DNA of 64,000 nt from Lama guanicoe (lineage: Eukaryota). The position numbers and the translations under genes were made by a program. This document shows, piece after piece, positions 38,891 to 52,580 of the stretch. Location of the stretch: positions 3,458,084 through 3,522,083 of the forward strand of contig MU056050.1 of the NCBI GenBank assembly GCA_013239625.1. Direction: 5' to 3'. The notes under the pieces were generated by a model. It saw nothing but the letters and a program-made list of their open reading frames with translations. It was not told where the DNA came from and did no database searches. Within the stretch, counting starts at the first letter, position 1, and every line of letters begins with the position of its first letter.

Positions 38891-39404
38891 TTCAAAGAAA
38901 CACTTCCTAGCTAAGATAATCTGGGCATACTTCACAGAAGGATATTTTAATGGGATGCGGGAATAGAGAGAAAAAGAGAAATTTTTTTTCCTCAGTCCTG
39001 CCCTCCTCTCTCTGAAATGCTATCAGTACTTCCATCATCATATCACCATCCACTCCAACAATACGAAACCTCCCTATCCTTAAACAATAAACCTTCCAAC
39101 CTATTGAAGGCACCCTGGTGTCTACTAACTGAGCTTGAGTGAAATGTTCATGTAGAGTGGTAGGGAGGAAACAGCTGGGGTCAGATTGTGGAGGACCATG
39201 AGTTCTGAACTAAGAAGTTTGAACTTTACCCAGTACATAATAGGACACCATTGGAGACTGTGTGGCAGGGCACAGTATGATCTAGAAGGAGATCTAGGGG
39301 ATTCCTATGGTTGTAGTATATAGGGTAGTTTGGACTGGGGAAGGACGGGAGGTATACAAGTTTACTGAAGAATAAAGTTAATTCTTAGGGGGAACATAAG
39401 AGAA

Positions 39405-39630
39405 GAAAGGAACTAATATTTCTGGGAAACATCTATGTGGCAGTCATTGTTGTAAAAGCACTTTATATACATTATCTCATTTAATCCTAGCAATAATGAT
39501 ATATCCATAAAGTATTGTTATTAATTCTGAATTGAGAGAGCAATGATTTAGAGTAGTTAAATAACTTGCAAAAGTAAAAAGGTAGTAAATGGGAGAGCTG
39601 GGACTCAAACGCAGATCTACTTGATGTCAG
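39405..39630 (-). mobile_element. MIR
   Basis: gcactttatatacattatctcatttaatcctagcaa...gttaaataacttgc...gagctgggactcaaac. Confidence 0.8.
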
Positions 39631-39689
39631 AACCTAGACGGGATATTCTTGACTTATTTATGTACCCTGGAGGCATTTGAGGACAGAAA

Positions 39690-40860
39690 CTCAACGAAAT
39701 GAAAAGGCAATCTATAGAACAAGAGAAGATATTTGCAAACCCTCTCTCTAATAAGGGGTTAATATCCAAAATATATAAGTAACTCATACAAGTCAATAGC
39801 AAGAAAACCCACAAATAACCTGAGTGAAAAATGGGGAAAGGACTTGAGTACAGACATTTCTCCAAAGGAGATATATAAATGGTCAATAATTTCATGAAAA
39901 AGTGCTCGACATCACTAATCATCAAGGAAATCCAAATCTAAACCACAGTGCGCTAGTGCCTCACACCTCTTAGGATGGTTATTATCAAAAATACAAGGGA
40001 TAAGTGCTGGTGAGGGTGTAGAGAAAAGGGAACAGAACCCTTGTACTCTACTGGCAGGAATGTAAATTGGTACAACCATTTTGGTAAACAGTATGGAGGT
40101 TACTCAAAATATTAAAAATAGTACTACTTTATGACCCAGCAATCCCATTTCTGGGTATAAATCCAAAGAAAAGAAATCAGGATCTCAAAGAGAGAGATAC
40201 ACTTCAATGTTTTTTGTAGCATTGTTCATGCTATTCCAAGACATAAAAACAACCTAAGTTTTTGTTGATGGACACACACACACGCGCACACACGCACACA
40301 CACTGGAATATTCAGCTTTAAGAAAGAAGAAAATCCTGCCATTTGCAACAACACAGATGAACCTGGAGGATCTTCTGCTAAGTGAAATAAGCCAGACACA
40401 GAAAGACAAATACTGCATGATCACACTTATTCGTGGAAGCTAAAATAGTTGAACTCATTGAAGCAGAGAGTAGAATGGTGGTTGCCAGGGGCTGAGCGGA
40501 GAAGGAAATGGGTGATGTTGGTCTAGGGGTACAGTTTCATTTATGCAAAATGAATAAGTTCTCGAGATCTAATGTGTAGCAATGTGAATATAGTTAACAA
40601 CAGTGTATTCAATACTTGAAATTTACTTAGGGGTAGATCTTAAGTGTTCTCACAGAAGGGAAGAAAGGAAGGAAGGGAGAGAGGGAGGAAGGGAGGAAGA
40701 GAAAATGGTAACTTTGTGAGGTGATAGGTATGTTAAATAGCTTGATTGTGGTGATTATTTCACAATACAGACATATATCAAAACATCAAGGTATACATTG
40801 TAAAGATATACAGTTTTTCATGTGTCAGTTTTACTCTCTGCTTCAATAAAGATGGAAAAG
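39690..40860 (+). mobile_element. LINE-1 L1MA-type 3' fragment (ORF2 end plus 3' UTR)
   Basis: Typical L1 3' sequence (aaaaggcaatctatagaac...gatatttgcaaac; catcactaatcatcaaggaaat; aagtgaaataagccagacacagaaagacaaatactgcatg). Contains an internal (CA)n at about 40272-40302 and a purine-rich tract at about 40656-40705. Confidence 0.9.
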
Positions 40861-40879
40861 CAAACGAAAAAACCCTTCA

Positions 40880-41190
40880 TTTTAAGTGAAAGAAGTTATA
40901 TACAGAAGAGTAAATACTATGATTCCACTAATATGAAATTTTAGAAAAGACAAATTAAATCTATGGTGACAGAAAGCAGATCAGTCTCTGAGACTGGGGA
41001 TAGGAAAGAATTGACCAGAAAGGAGCAAAAGAGAATCTATCTCAAGGGGTAATTGAAACATCTTGTCTTGAGTAGTGGTGGTTGTTTTATGGGCCTATAT
41101 AATTGTCAAAACTTATTCATGTATGTACTTAAAATGAGTGCATTTTTATTGTATGGTGATTATATCTAAAGTTGATTTCAATAGAAACAA
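40880..41190 (+). mobile_element. Old L1 (L1ME-like) 3' UTR fragment
   Basis: aagtgaaagaag...atactatgattccact...ctatggtgacagaaagcagatcag...gtcaaaactt, a typical old-L1 3' end. Confidence 0.75.
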
Positions 41191-44100
41191 AAAATGTTTT
41201 CTAGTTCCCTCAAAATTTGTTGCTCAAATTTTCCATTTCAAATTTAGGAGTTAATTAGATGGAACACCAGGAGAGTTACTTTTAAGTGAAAAAGGATTAT
41301 GTAAAAATATCTTAATACATATTCAGAAATATTGGGGTTTTCTAAATGCACACTTATTTGGGATCTCACAATCAACAATTCTTGTCATTTAGTGCTTTTT
41401 CTTTTCATGGTAATGGATCCAACACCTTCCATTCACATTTTCTTCAGCACTATCCAAAGCAGAACATAAATAGCATCTGACCCAAGACAGGTTTTGCCAT
41501 CTAAGTGTCCAGTGTACTTGTTAGGGGTGCTTTGACTTTAAGGTAAGAAATTCAGAATGCTTTCCAAGTTTGTTAATTAATAGCATCCCTAGACAAATAT
41601 CTTCTTACTGCTGTGCCTGATTACTAAATCTCCCTGCTTCAAGGCAACAGATGGCTTAAGTTTTCCCAGAATTAAAAAGGAAATAATCTAGAATTCCTTG
41701 TGATTTGAGGGACTAAATTTAACCAGGTTATCCCATTTTATAAGCTACAAATACCCTAAGAAAAAAATGAAGATGATCAAAATGGAACTGAATGGTTGCT
41801 ATCTTCGAATTGTGAGAGTAGTGTGTGTAATAATAGTCTTTAGAGTACCAGTTGATGACATACTGCTACATAAAATCTGCATGTACTAAACCCAGCCAAA
41901 GTCTCCATCAGCCTTTCTCCACGATCTTTTTCTTGTGACAGCACTCTTTCTCTCTAGACTTAGAAGATAAAGTAGTTTCCAGGCTTCCTTGAGCAGTCTT
42001 CAACACTTCTGATCCAAAAGTAAGAGTAACAAAACCCTTTCCTAGAAATTTCATTTTAAGGTTCACTTAGATAATGTTCCTGGATTAATCCAGATTATAT
42101 CAGTTTTATGCACTAACAATATTTAAATATCTATCTAAGCAACATTTTAAAAATGATTCTTCTTTACAATGAGTTGTATGTCAGCAAGTCATATGGTTCC
42201 CTCTAGATTGAAAGCTGCCTAATGGCAGGAATTAAAATGTCTGCATCCATTATATTATAAAAAACATTGCTCATAGATACTCAACAAATGCATAATTATT
42301 GACACTATCTTAACATCTACCAGTCGTATGGGATATGCCATGGCCAACGAAGCCTTATGAAGTATATCACCAGCTTGGTCCATATTGGTATTTTCTATTA
42401 CCATTCTACTCCCTCAAGTCTTTGTCTATTACCATATAAATATAGTCACGCATGTCACTTGCAAAAATAGGTCCTCTGAATATCACTCTGAATATTTTTG
42501 TTAGCAGAAATATCTCTCTGAATCTACCTCATCTGTATCTCTTGCAGATATTCTGGACTTTTCAGTGCATTTGCCAAGACATTATCTTTGAATAGACATT
42601 AATTTTTAGTTTGAAAGTATATTTTAATATTCTTTGTTATTTAGCAGTACCTTATAGTTCTTTTGTTACACAATTTCAGAAATTTTACTTGTGTTATGAC
42701 ACAGAAGCAGAGAATTAAAACAAAAAAGTCAAAGAAAATGTTTCCAGCTTCTTATACCAACTACGTACATCATTCTCCACTCCATCCCCACCCACCAATA
42801 TACACACGTACAGACACAAAACCCTAACCTACAGCACGACTATCTACCACCTGGTATTTTAGTAGAGAGACGAGACAAATATATTCAAAAGAAAGGAAGA
42901 GGGTACTTCATATTTTAATAATATGACAAGGTTTAACTAACAAAATTATTAAATATTCAGATTACTTTAAATCAAGCAATATGTGAAGCAGTCATCCTCA
43001 GCCTATCTTTGAGCCTCACCCCATCCCTGATCTATATGCCAGAGAAGTATGGGATGACAAGAAGCTCAGAAATGGAGAAAAAGAAGAGGTTGGCCTTAGG
43101 CACCATCTGACATCCACATGACATAAAACTAGGAGCCACATGCTTATCACACATGCCTTTCTCACAAAGGAGTATCAGTCATAATTCATTGTTTGCCAAA
43201 TGGTCACCGTTTCAAATTATCTGATTTCTTAAAGTTACCATGGTCATATTTAATCTCTAGTGAAATAGAGATTTAGCCTTGTAATCATAGAATTTGTCCT
43301 GTTTTCCAACAGAAAATATTTTTTAAGTGGCTACTTGGTTTTAGCAGGTTTCTTGATTTTGCTAACCCCATAAGACACTGGGGATGCTGGATGAGAATAA
43401 TTTCTCTAACAATTTCCACAGTGGTATACATACATTATGTGGTAGCACTCTTTTATAACAATGGTTCAGGAAGACAAAATTACCCCTCCCCTTGGAGGTT
43501 AACTCAATTGTATGCACTTTTAAAGTAGTTTGATTTTTTATGACTATAAAAGCAATATATTTTAATGAAAAAGAAAAAAACCCCAAACAAATCACATACG
43601 AGTAAAATAGGAAGAGAAAGAACCATGCAGTCTGAATGGTAGAGACAGGACTAGGTTCGGCAGTGTATGATATGATATACAATCCTTGGAAGGAAAAAAA
43701 AAACACAGTGATTTTATATTGATAGGATTATTTGGATGTAGTTATGTCAATATGCTTCCATCAAAATAGTCATGTCAAACAGCCATATCAAAATGCTCTG
43801 CTTTGAGAGGGAATCTAGTGACACAAGCAGAAAGTGTAGGGTAAGATGTGGTAACAGAGGCGTGCTTTTGAGAGGTCTCTACCATTTTGATCCATGATGG
43901 GGAAGCTATCAAAGGGACCTGTTAGGAAGTTACAGTGTAACTGAAATTTCATTCATTTTAAAAATCAATTTCTGCATCAGATTTTGACATTCCTAAATTA
44001 TAAAATGCTGAATTATATGCACAAATATTAATTGATTCATTAACAATTTGATAGCTAATCATTGCCAGGCACTGTTCATTAACCTTTTTGAACACTATAT

Positions 44101-45049
44101 TATGTAATTAACAACCCAGAGAAGTAGTTATTATCCCATTTCATAGATAAGAAAGGAAAGCTATGGGCTCAGAGAGGGTACAGAACTATAAGGTCATATG
44201 GACTTAAAGGGTTATCATTGGTACTTAGCACTGATTAATTTGGTGAAGAAATAGGAACTTATTTTACTGGACTTTCTGGTATAGTTACTATTTCTAGTAA
44301 ATACATTTCTAGGTTTAGCCTATTCCTTCTGTAATTCTGCAAAAAAAGTGTCATTTGAAATGAAAGTGAAAAAAAAATTAAAAGCCTTAAACATGCATAA
44401 ACGATTAGTTAAAAAAAATAGGAATGCAATTTTATTGCAGATTTTTACATATGTGGAATGATACAACTGCTTTCCACAGTAATAGGCCTTTTTCTCCAGC
44501 AGAAATATGTCAATATTAAATCACAGTGAAGTAATTGATTGTATTATAACATAAAGCCAAAAGTATATTATACAATTAAACATATTTAATTTAAGTCCTC
44601 TTTTTAAAGAGTAATTTGCAGTAGAGTATCTTTAACAGCCCTCACATGCAGCAACAGATAGTTCAAATCTGAAGCAGTATCATTTTTCAATTTTGGTAGT
44701 TGGCTTACTTTATACATAGGGTTGTGGAAAATAGAAATTCTGCCTTTAAATCCCATAATTTTATGAATATGTGGGTGAAAAAAATTGACTTCATTTTTTC
44801 CATTAAATAGTTGTGTAGACTGTTCCTAGATTAAATCATTACTGCAATTTATAAAATAGCATTAATATAATAAACATGATGCTGTAGATTCTGATATCAC
44901 TCATGCATTTAATTTATTCCAGTGTCTTAAATAAAGCAATTTAACACACTAAACACATATTTTTACCTTGATGAATAGTATTACACAGATTTACTCCAAT
45001 GTACAGCCATTATTATCAAACATATTCTCCACATTTATTTCAAAGCTAT

Positions 45050-45290
45050 ATAATGTGGTAGTTAGAACCAGGCAGATGTACATTTGAATATTGGCTCTGC
45101 CACTGTGTAGCTGGTGTGTCACTGGAGAAGCTCCTTAACATGTCTGAGGTTGGGTTTCTTCCTCCAAAAAAATGAAGATAAAAATAACTACTGCACAATG
45201 TTGTTGTGAAGTTGCTGTTAAATAAGTTTACATATATGACAGTGTTTGGCCCAAAGTAGGCACTCAGAGCATATATGAATATTTCCTTTC
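45050..45290 (+). mobile_element. MIR
   Basis: tttgaatattggctctgccactgtgtagctggtgtgtcactggagaagctccttaac...aaagtaggcactca. Confidence 0.75.
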
Positions 45291-48200
45291 TTAAAATTTT
45301 AACATGACTAATTTGGAATTGGGTGGTTCCAAATATTCAGTTCAGAATGTTTATCTCTGTGTTTTAATTTAACTACCCCGTATAAACAACCAAGTCTCAA
45401 CGTTGTTTAAAATCAGAGATAGTGTAAAAATACACTCTAGCTATTCTTTGTCAATTGTCACAAGATATGAGAATTTAGTGGCATGCTTTTTGGATAGGAC
45501 TAAAAAACCCTGGGTTTTCTTCAAAATGACTATGAGTATGCATGCATTCGAAGGATAGTAACAATAAAAATGAATGCTGGGTCATTAGGTTCATCTTCTG
45601 GCTTTTCCATTGTTTAAAAAGATAGATAAAATAATTATTACAAAAATCACTTGGGTGCTGTGATGAGAGAATGAGATTAGGAAGGAGCTTTATTACCAGC
45701 CTATAAATGTGTCATTAAAGTACAAAGTCATTTTATTGCTTTTTCTATTTCAAGCAGCTGTCATTTTAGTCATATGTGTTTTCTGCCATTCATGATACAT
45801 AAGTATGCATTTTCAGTATCTCTGACCAATTAACAAGCAAGGTAGGCAAAAGGCAGAATTTCACAAGTCCAAACTCAAAGTTTTTAAGAGGCTAATACAA
45901 AACTTTAAAGCCCAATTTTTAAAAAGTCACTTGATTCATGTTTATTTCTCTTTGTCTAACCTAGTGAATTATGGACATCTTAGAGTGGAAATAACTTCTC
46001 AGCCTCTTTTGACAGTTGGTGAGTATTTCTGTCTGTGGTCTACATATTAACCACTATCCTGGCATAAAAGTATTACTTATTTTAAAGAACTAGGTCAAAA
46101 TAGTCTTAAATTTTTATTTCAAAAGGATACTTCAACCCCTCAGGGTAAATAACAGTGTTAATGATGGCCTGTACAATTAAAAACAAATTTCTGAATCATT
46201 TGATCATGTCATTGAAATGGGTGGTCAAGACATTGTAAAAAAATAAGTGTCAACTGATTATTAATGTGCAATGAATGGTTGTTGATAATGGTCTAGATAA
46301 TTCTGGGTGAGACGGACACACAATCTACCTTAAATAAATGTGATCCTTTGATCCTGCCAAGAAATCAACAAATGACCTCATCAGGTTTGGCTAATAGATG
46401 AGTGAAGAAATAACTTTAAACAAATATCCAATACACCAACAGATAATTTTACACCTAACTCAGACAACATGATTTTTAAACATTACTATTTAGAATTTAT
46501 TCTTAAAAGTCTCCTTGGAAGTCCAGTCGTATGACTAACTATTCTCTTTTAATGGAGGATCTCCTATAACAATAACCTCTCTCTTGCTACGTCTGAGCCA
46601 GTACGCATCTTACCTGTCCTATGTTTAAATTTCAAGAAAACAAGGACACTTACAGAGCCAAAATGATAGTTTGAGGTTTACCTTTTCCAAGGCTTTAGAT
46701 GCTGGAGTGCTTTAACATTGCCCAGCTATTCCAGTTACTTCCACATGTCTTAAATTTCCCCTTCATGGTGACCTTGATGTGACTGTCTTATGTACAGATG
46801 CACTCTCTTGAGTAGGCAGGTTCCTCCCACAGCATAGTTAGTAACTTAGTGGTATAGAATCAATACATCATAAGAGTCGTTTGACTCACTTTGGAGGAAG
46901 GCAGTTAAACTTGACATCTGTAGTCAAGATTCTTTACTTTCCCACCAACAGGAAACTTTAAAGCATATCAGAAGGTGTCATTCAAATACTATGGCTACAA
47001 ATAAATAAATCCCATCATAAATAAGCCTATATACCAGTCCCAAAGCATTGCTTTTTTTCCCCATCGTAAGCCAAAAAATGTATTTTAAAAATGGTTCAAA
47101 CTGGCTGCTTCTAAACTTTTACTTTAATGCACACTAAGCCTTCAGAAATAATTATTCATAGCAAACTAATTTATGTGTAATGTGAGTCTAGGAGATTATC
47201 ACACTTATCTTACCATTTATTTGAAAATACTTTATTCCAGGAAGACTCCTTCTGTGTCACATTTAATTGCCTTTGAAGCTCCTGCCATTTGAATCTGTCT
47301 TCTGGAACATGCATTTCATCATTATTTTTTAGCCTTGTTACATCAATCACCACAACTGCTATAGAAGATTTCTGGGCTGTGAAGTGATAATTTGTTCCAG
47401 TGGTATTAATGAGGCAAGCAGTGGTCTTGAGGGAGGTGACAGCCCATTGCTTTACAGACAGCACCAGATTAAGGTGCTGGACAATATACGAGGCTTTAAG
47501 CATATACTCTAGAGCTTTTGGAGCGTTTTATAACTTTCCTTATCAAATTTAACATAGAAGAGATACCTCCAACACCTTATCTACAATGAGCTAGGCATAT
47601 CTAATCACCAAGGGGGGAGCATTAATAGCATTGCTCAACTTACCTTGAGTTACAGACACATAAGAGAAACTTGGTACTACTCCCAACTTGAAGGCTCCCT
47701 AATGCCTTACAAGCTCTGAATTGGTCTATTTCCATTACCATGGTTGTAATGGCATGTCCCTAGCCAGAGAGGAGTCTAATTCCCTGAAGTGCAGCCAATG
47801 AAAACTTGTATTTCTGGGAATTAAGTCACAGAACTAGGAATGCCGATTTGTTGTTGCTATAATACCATGCCCATGAATACTGCCTCTAGGAAGCAGTACA
47901 TCTGGAAACAACAGATGGTATATGTGGAAATGGGTTGGATGGAGTATTTTAATACCCACACATCTCTAATTCAGTTCTACATGTCTGATTTCAATGTTTT
48001 CTCAGATTACAGAGTGTTTCAGAATTGGTAAGACAGGCCTGATCCATATTATTGTCACTATCAACAGCATCAGATTAAAGCCTAATGTTGTAGTGTCATT
48101 GTCTGTGGACTCTCATGTGACCACATATATATGCACAGGCAACAATCTGGATTTGGCTTTTAATAATGGAAAAGGTCAGTCCCATGCACTTCCCTATCTC

Positions 48201-48596
48201 TTTATCAACAACCACAGAATACAAATTTATTTTAAGATGAAACCATCCCAGAGTGCTATTCTCCTTAATATAGGAAGGAAACATTTAAGCTCTTTCACAC
48301 TCTGTCTAAACAGTTTATCTCCCTCCACCTTCAAAAGCTACCAGAACTATTATAGTATTGGAGAAATTTCACTTAATATGGTAGGAGAACAGCTTTGCTA
48401 GAGAAATACTTCCTTCTTGTGCTTCAAGAAGGCTGAATTAAATTGTCTTTGAGATATGTAGGCATTTTAAGAAACATACCATCTGAATGGTAGGAAAATA
48501 ACTTTTATAAGCTTGGAATTTCATATTCTATAGTCAGTGCAACTTAGCTAGAATTAGGATAGCATTTTACTCTCTAACAAAAGAAAATGAACTCTC

Positions 48597-50306
48597 TTCA
48601 TAGATTGAAAGAATTAATATTGTTAAAATGACCATACTACCCATGGCAATCTACAGATTTGAAGCAGTCCCTATAAAAATATTAGTGGCATTTTTCACAG
48701 AACTAGAACAAGTAATTCTAAAATTTTTAGGAAAACACAAAAGACTCCAAAGAGCCAAAGCAATCTTTAGAAAGAAGATCAGAACTGGAGGTATCATGCA
48801 TGTTTCCTGATTTCAGACTACATCACAAAGCTATAGTAATCAAAACAATGTAATACTGGCACAAAACAGACATATAGATCAATGGAACAGGATAGAGAAC
48901 CCAGAAATAAACCTACACACCTATGGTGAAATAATATACAACAAAGGAGGCAAGACTATACAACAGGGAAAAGACACTCTCTTCAATAAGTGGTAAACAG
49001 CTTACATGTTAAAAGAATGAAATTCAAACATTTTCTTATAACATAAACAAAAATAAAGTCAAAATGGGTTAAAGATCTAAAAATAAGACCTGAAACCATA
49101 AAACTACTAGAAGAGAACACAGGCATACCACTCTTTGACATAAATCATAGCAGTATATATTTGGATCTGTCTCTTAAGGCAAAAAAAATAAAAGCAAAAG
49201 TAAACAAATGGGAACTAATTAAACTTAAAAGCTTTTGCACAGCAAAGGAAACCATCAGTAAGACAAAAAGACAAACTACTGAATGGGAGAAAATATTTAC
49301 ACATAATATGACTGATAAGTGGTTTAATATTCAAAATATATTAACAGTTCATATATCTCAATATCAAAAACACAAACAACCTGATTTTAAAATCAGCAGA
49401 AGATCTGAATAGTGATTTTTCCAAAGAAGGCATGCAGATGGCTAAACAGGCATATGAAAAGATGCTCAACATCACTAATGATCAGAGAAATGCAAATCAA
49501 AACCACAATGAGATATCACCTCACACCTGTCAGAATGGCTACCATCAAAAAGACCACAAATAACAAATGTTGGCAAAGATGTGGAGAAAAAGGAACCCTT
49601 GTACCCTATTGGTGGGAATGTAAATTGGTCCAGCCAATGGTGGAAAACAGTACGAGGTTCCTCAAAAAACTAATAATAGGACTACCATATGATCCAGTAA
49701 TTGCATTCCTGGGTATATATCCAGAAAAAGTGAAAACACTAATTCCAAAAGATACATGCATTCCAATGTTCATAGCAGTATTATTTATAGTAGTCAAGAT
49801 ATGGAAGCAACCCAAGTGTCCATCAACAGATGAATGAATAAAAAAGATGTGATATATATACAATGCAATTATTGCTCAGCCATAAAAAAGAATGAAATAT
49901 TGCCATTTGCAACAACATGAATGGACCTAGAGGGTATTATGCTTAGTGAAATAAGTCATACAGAGAAAGACAAATACTGTATGTTTTCATTTATATGTGG
50001 AATCTAAAAAATAAAACATAGTGAATAAAACAAAAAAGAAACAGACTCACAGATATAAAGAACAAACTAGGGTTTACCACTGGGGAGACGGAAGTGGGGA
50101 GGGGCAAGTTAGGGGTAGGGGATTAAGAAGTACAAACTACTATGCATAAAATAAATAAGCTACAAGGATATATTGTCCAGTACAGGGAATACAGCCAATA
50201 TATTATAATAACTTTGAATGGAGTATAAATTATAAAAATTTTGAATCACTATGTAGTACACCTGGAACTAATATTGTAAATCAACTATACTTTAAAAAAT
50301 TTTAAG
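48597..50306 (+). mobile_element. 5'-truncated LINE-1 (ORF2 3' part plus 3' UTR), cetartiodactyl-type, with target-site duplication
   Basis: ORF2 remnants [11 protein letters not shown]..., [58 protein letters not shown]...[15 protein letters not shown], with stops and frameshifts. 16-bp TSD aagaaaatgaa(c/t)tctc at 48581-48596 and 50307-50322. Confidence 0.95.
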
Positions 50307-51268
50307 AAGAAAATGAATTCTCAATTACAATATAAAAATGGAAAAAAACAGATGTTTGTTGAATACTGCAAACCAACCAATACATCATTTAATGTGGTAC
50401 AATGGAAAGGAAGCCCAATTCAGGTGGCTGTAAGGTCACCCCAGATACAAAAAACAAGTGTCATTTACACTCAATATTGTATTCACCTAGATAAAAGGGA
50501 AGGGGGATCTCCTATTTCCCCTGTCCTAGATCACTTCAGAAACCCCCTAGCTCAATGGGAAGCAGCATCCTAGTCCTTCACCTTTCAACTTATGGTCTAC
50601 ACGGAGAAATGGATTCAAATTCTGAAATGAGTTTGCATGGTCTCTCTGGACAGAACAACCTCCTTTTTTGAAGAGGTGGTTATGTGGGGACAGACAAAAG
50701 ACTTCATATACTTTGATATCACAGTCATACCCTAAACACACTCAAAGTAACCCTATAATTTACGCCAATGAGGAAAAAGACCCTAGTGGTAAATAACCTT
50801 CTATTAACAAGTACGCATAAGATTGAATATAATAAACAGCTACACATGGCTATACCTAACAGCTGAGAAATGCAGTCTACCAGGGTAGACAAAAAGCTTG
50901 TTATTTTTGTTTGCTGTTCCTTTCTACTTCCTTCAATTGTTCTTCTTTCTTTCCTTTCTTGTTTATTTCTTTCCTTCAGTAACAAAATAAATTAAAATTA
51001 AATAAACTGATCTATTACTAACCAAACATAGTGCTTTCCTAAAACATCTTTGAGGGATGGTTCAAACTCACTATAGTAATGAAATGAGACTTCTATCCTT
51101 AATTCAGAAAGGACAGCACAGTGGTTAAAAGCAAACCTCTGAAGCTAGGAGTTCAACTCCAAATAACTAGCTGTGTTACTTTTGAGCAAATTACCCATCC
51201 TTTCTTCACTGGTAAAATAGAGCAATGATGGTACCTACTTCAGTGGGTTACCGTGAAGATTAAATTAG

Positions 51269-51640
51269 TGTGCTAGAGACTGCTAAAGCTCACCAAGATC
51301 TGTATTTCCTTGTTCTTCTCTTCCTCAACACATAAGTGGACTGCATGTCCCAGCTGTTAGGTATAGCCATGCGATTAAGTTCTTGCTAATGAAAAGTGTA
51401 AAAGTGCCATCTTTGGGCACAGAGCATAAAAACCTCCCTTTTGCATCCTCATTCTTTTTAATCATCCACTGGCTAAATGAGAAGACTCCGAGGACTTAAA
51501 GGAAACCAGAGCCACAAGAGGGAAGGAGCCTGGGTCTTAAATAATTACATGAAAAGAGTACCTCTTACTGACCCTCATAGGATTGTGATGTGAATGCCAA
51601 ATATTTATTGTGAGAAGTTACCAAAATACTTGACTACCAT
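51269..51640 (+). mobile_element. MLT1J-like MaLR LTR nested in a MIR (MIR halves at about 51115-51268 and 51640-51730)
   Basis: ctgcatgtcccagc...gccatgcgattaagttcttgctaatg...gagccacaagagggaaggagcctgggtc, with MIR sequence on both sides. Confidence 0.75.
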
Positions 51641-51748
51641 AATGAGATAATTCATTTAAAGTGCCTATTACAGAACCTCGCACATTCAAAAAAACTGCTC
51701 AATAAAAGTTAGTTACTATAAACATTACTGTGGTGATACTGTTGGGGT

Positions 51749-51922
51749 CTGTTGTGGACTCAATGTTTGTGTCACTTCATAATTCTTATGTTGAAGCCCT
51801 AACCCCCAGTGTGGCTGTATTTGGAGATGGGGCCTCTAGGGAAGTAATTAAGGTTAAATAAGATCATAAGGATGGGGTCCTGATCCAATAAGACTCACAT
51901 CCTTATAAGAAGGGATACCAGA
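51749..51922 (+). mobile_element. MLT1A/B-type MaLR LTR, 5' part
   Basis: tgttgtggactcaatgtttgtgtc...atgttgaagccctaacccccagtgtggctgtatttggagatggggcctctagggaagtaattaaggttaaa. Confidence 0.85.
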
Positions 51923-52264
51923 AAATATTACACAACTGCTCAAAAAATAAATAAAAACTGAAATCAAATAGTAAAATGCTAGTAAATAGTAGTGTTATCA
52001 ATGACAAGGTTCATTATCTTGATTAATGACATGAGAATAGCTAACTTATTTGGCATAATTACTTAAAAATTAATTACTTTAGATACTATCAAGTGTTAAC
52101 ATGAACCCTAGTCCCCTTGGGTGATAGTATTTTGTATTTTTATGATTATAGAAAAATAAAACTAGAACATCTGTACCATAAAATGTTTAATTTGACTAAA
52201 CTTAATTGAAATTACTTTTCTAAAAAGATAATTTTAAATTCAAGTTTTAAGTCAGAGTGACTTT

Positions 52265-52580
52265 ATATTCATTTTTTTATGGTCATTCATCCATTCAGTC
52301 AATAAATATATCTAGAGAATGTATTATGTAACAGTCAGTGTTCTGAGCGCTGAGAATGCAGCAGTGTATAAGACAAACTCCTTGCTCCTATGGAGCTTTC
52401 AATCTAGAGGAGGCCGGACAGACGCACCACTAATAAACAAACAAGTAAAACATCAAGTATGTCAGAATGCAACAGGGGCCATGGAGAAAAACAAAGCCAC
52501 CTCACAGGATTAGGGAGTGCTAGAGGAGTTAAAGTTCCACTGATAAAATGATATTTCAGCAGAGATTTGCAGGAAGTAAA
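52265..52580 (-). mobile_element. L2 3' end
   Basis: cattcatccattcagtcaataaatat...gtgttctgagcgctgagaatgcagcagtg...ggagctttcaatctag. Confidence 0.8.

Noticed and set aside
47210..47503. 97-aa minus-strand ORF ending at a donor-like ATG|gtaaga
   Set aside because: No strong acceptor and no recognisable protein similarity; likely chance.
48628..49863. ORFs of 60-141 aa
   Set aside because: Broken L1 ORF2 remnants and their antisense, not host genes.
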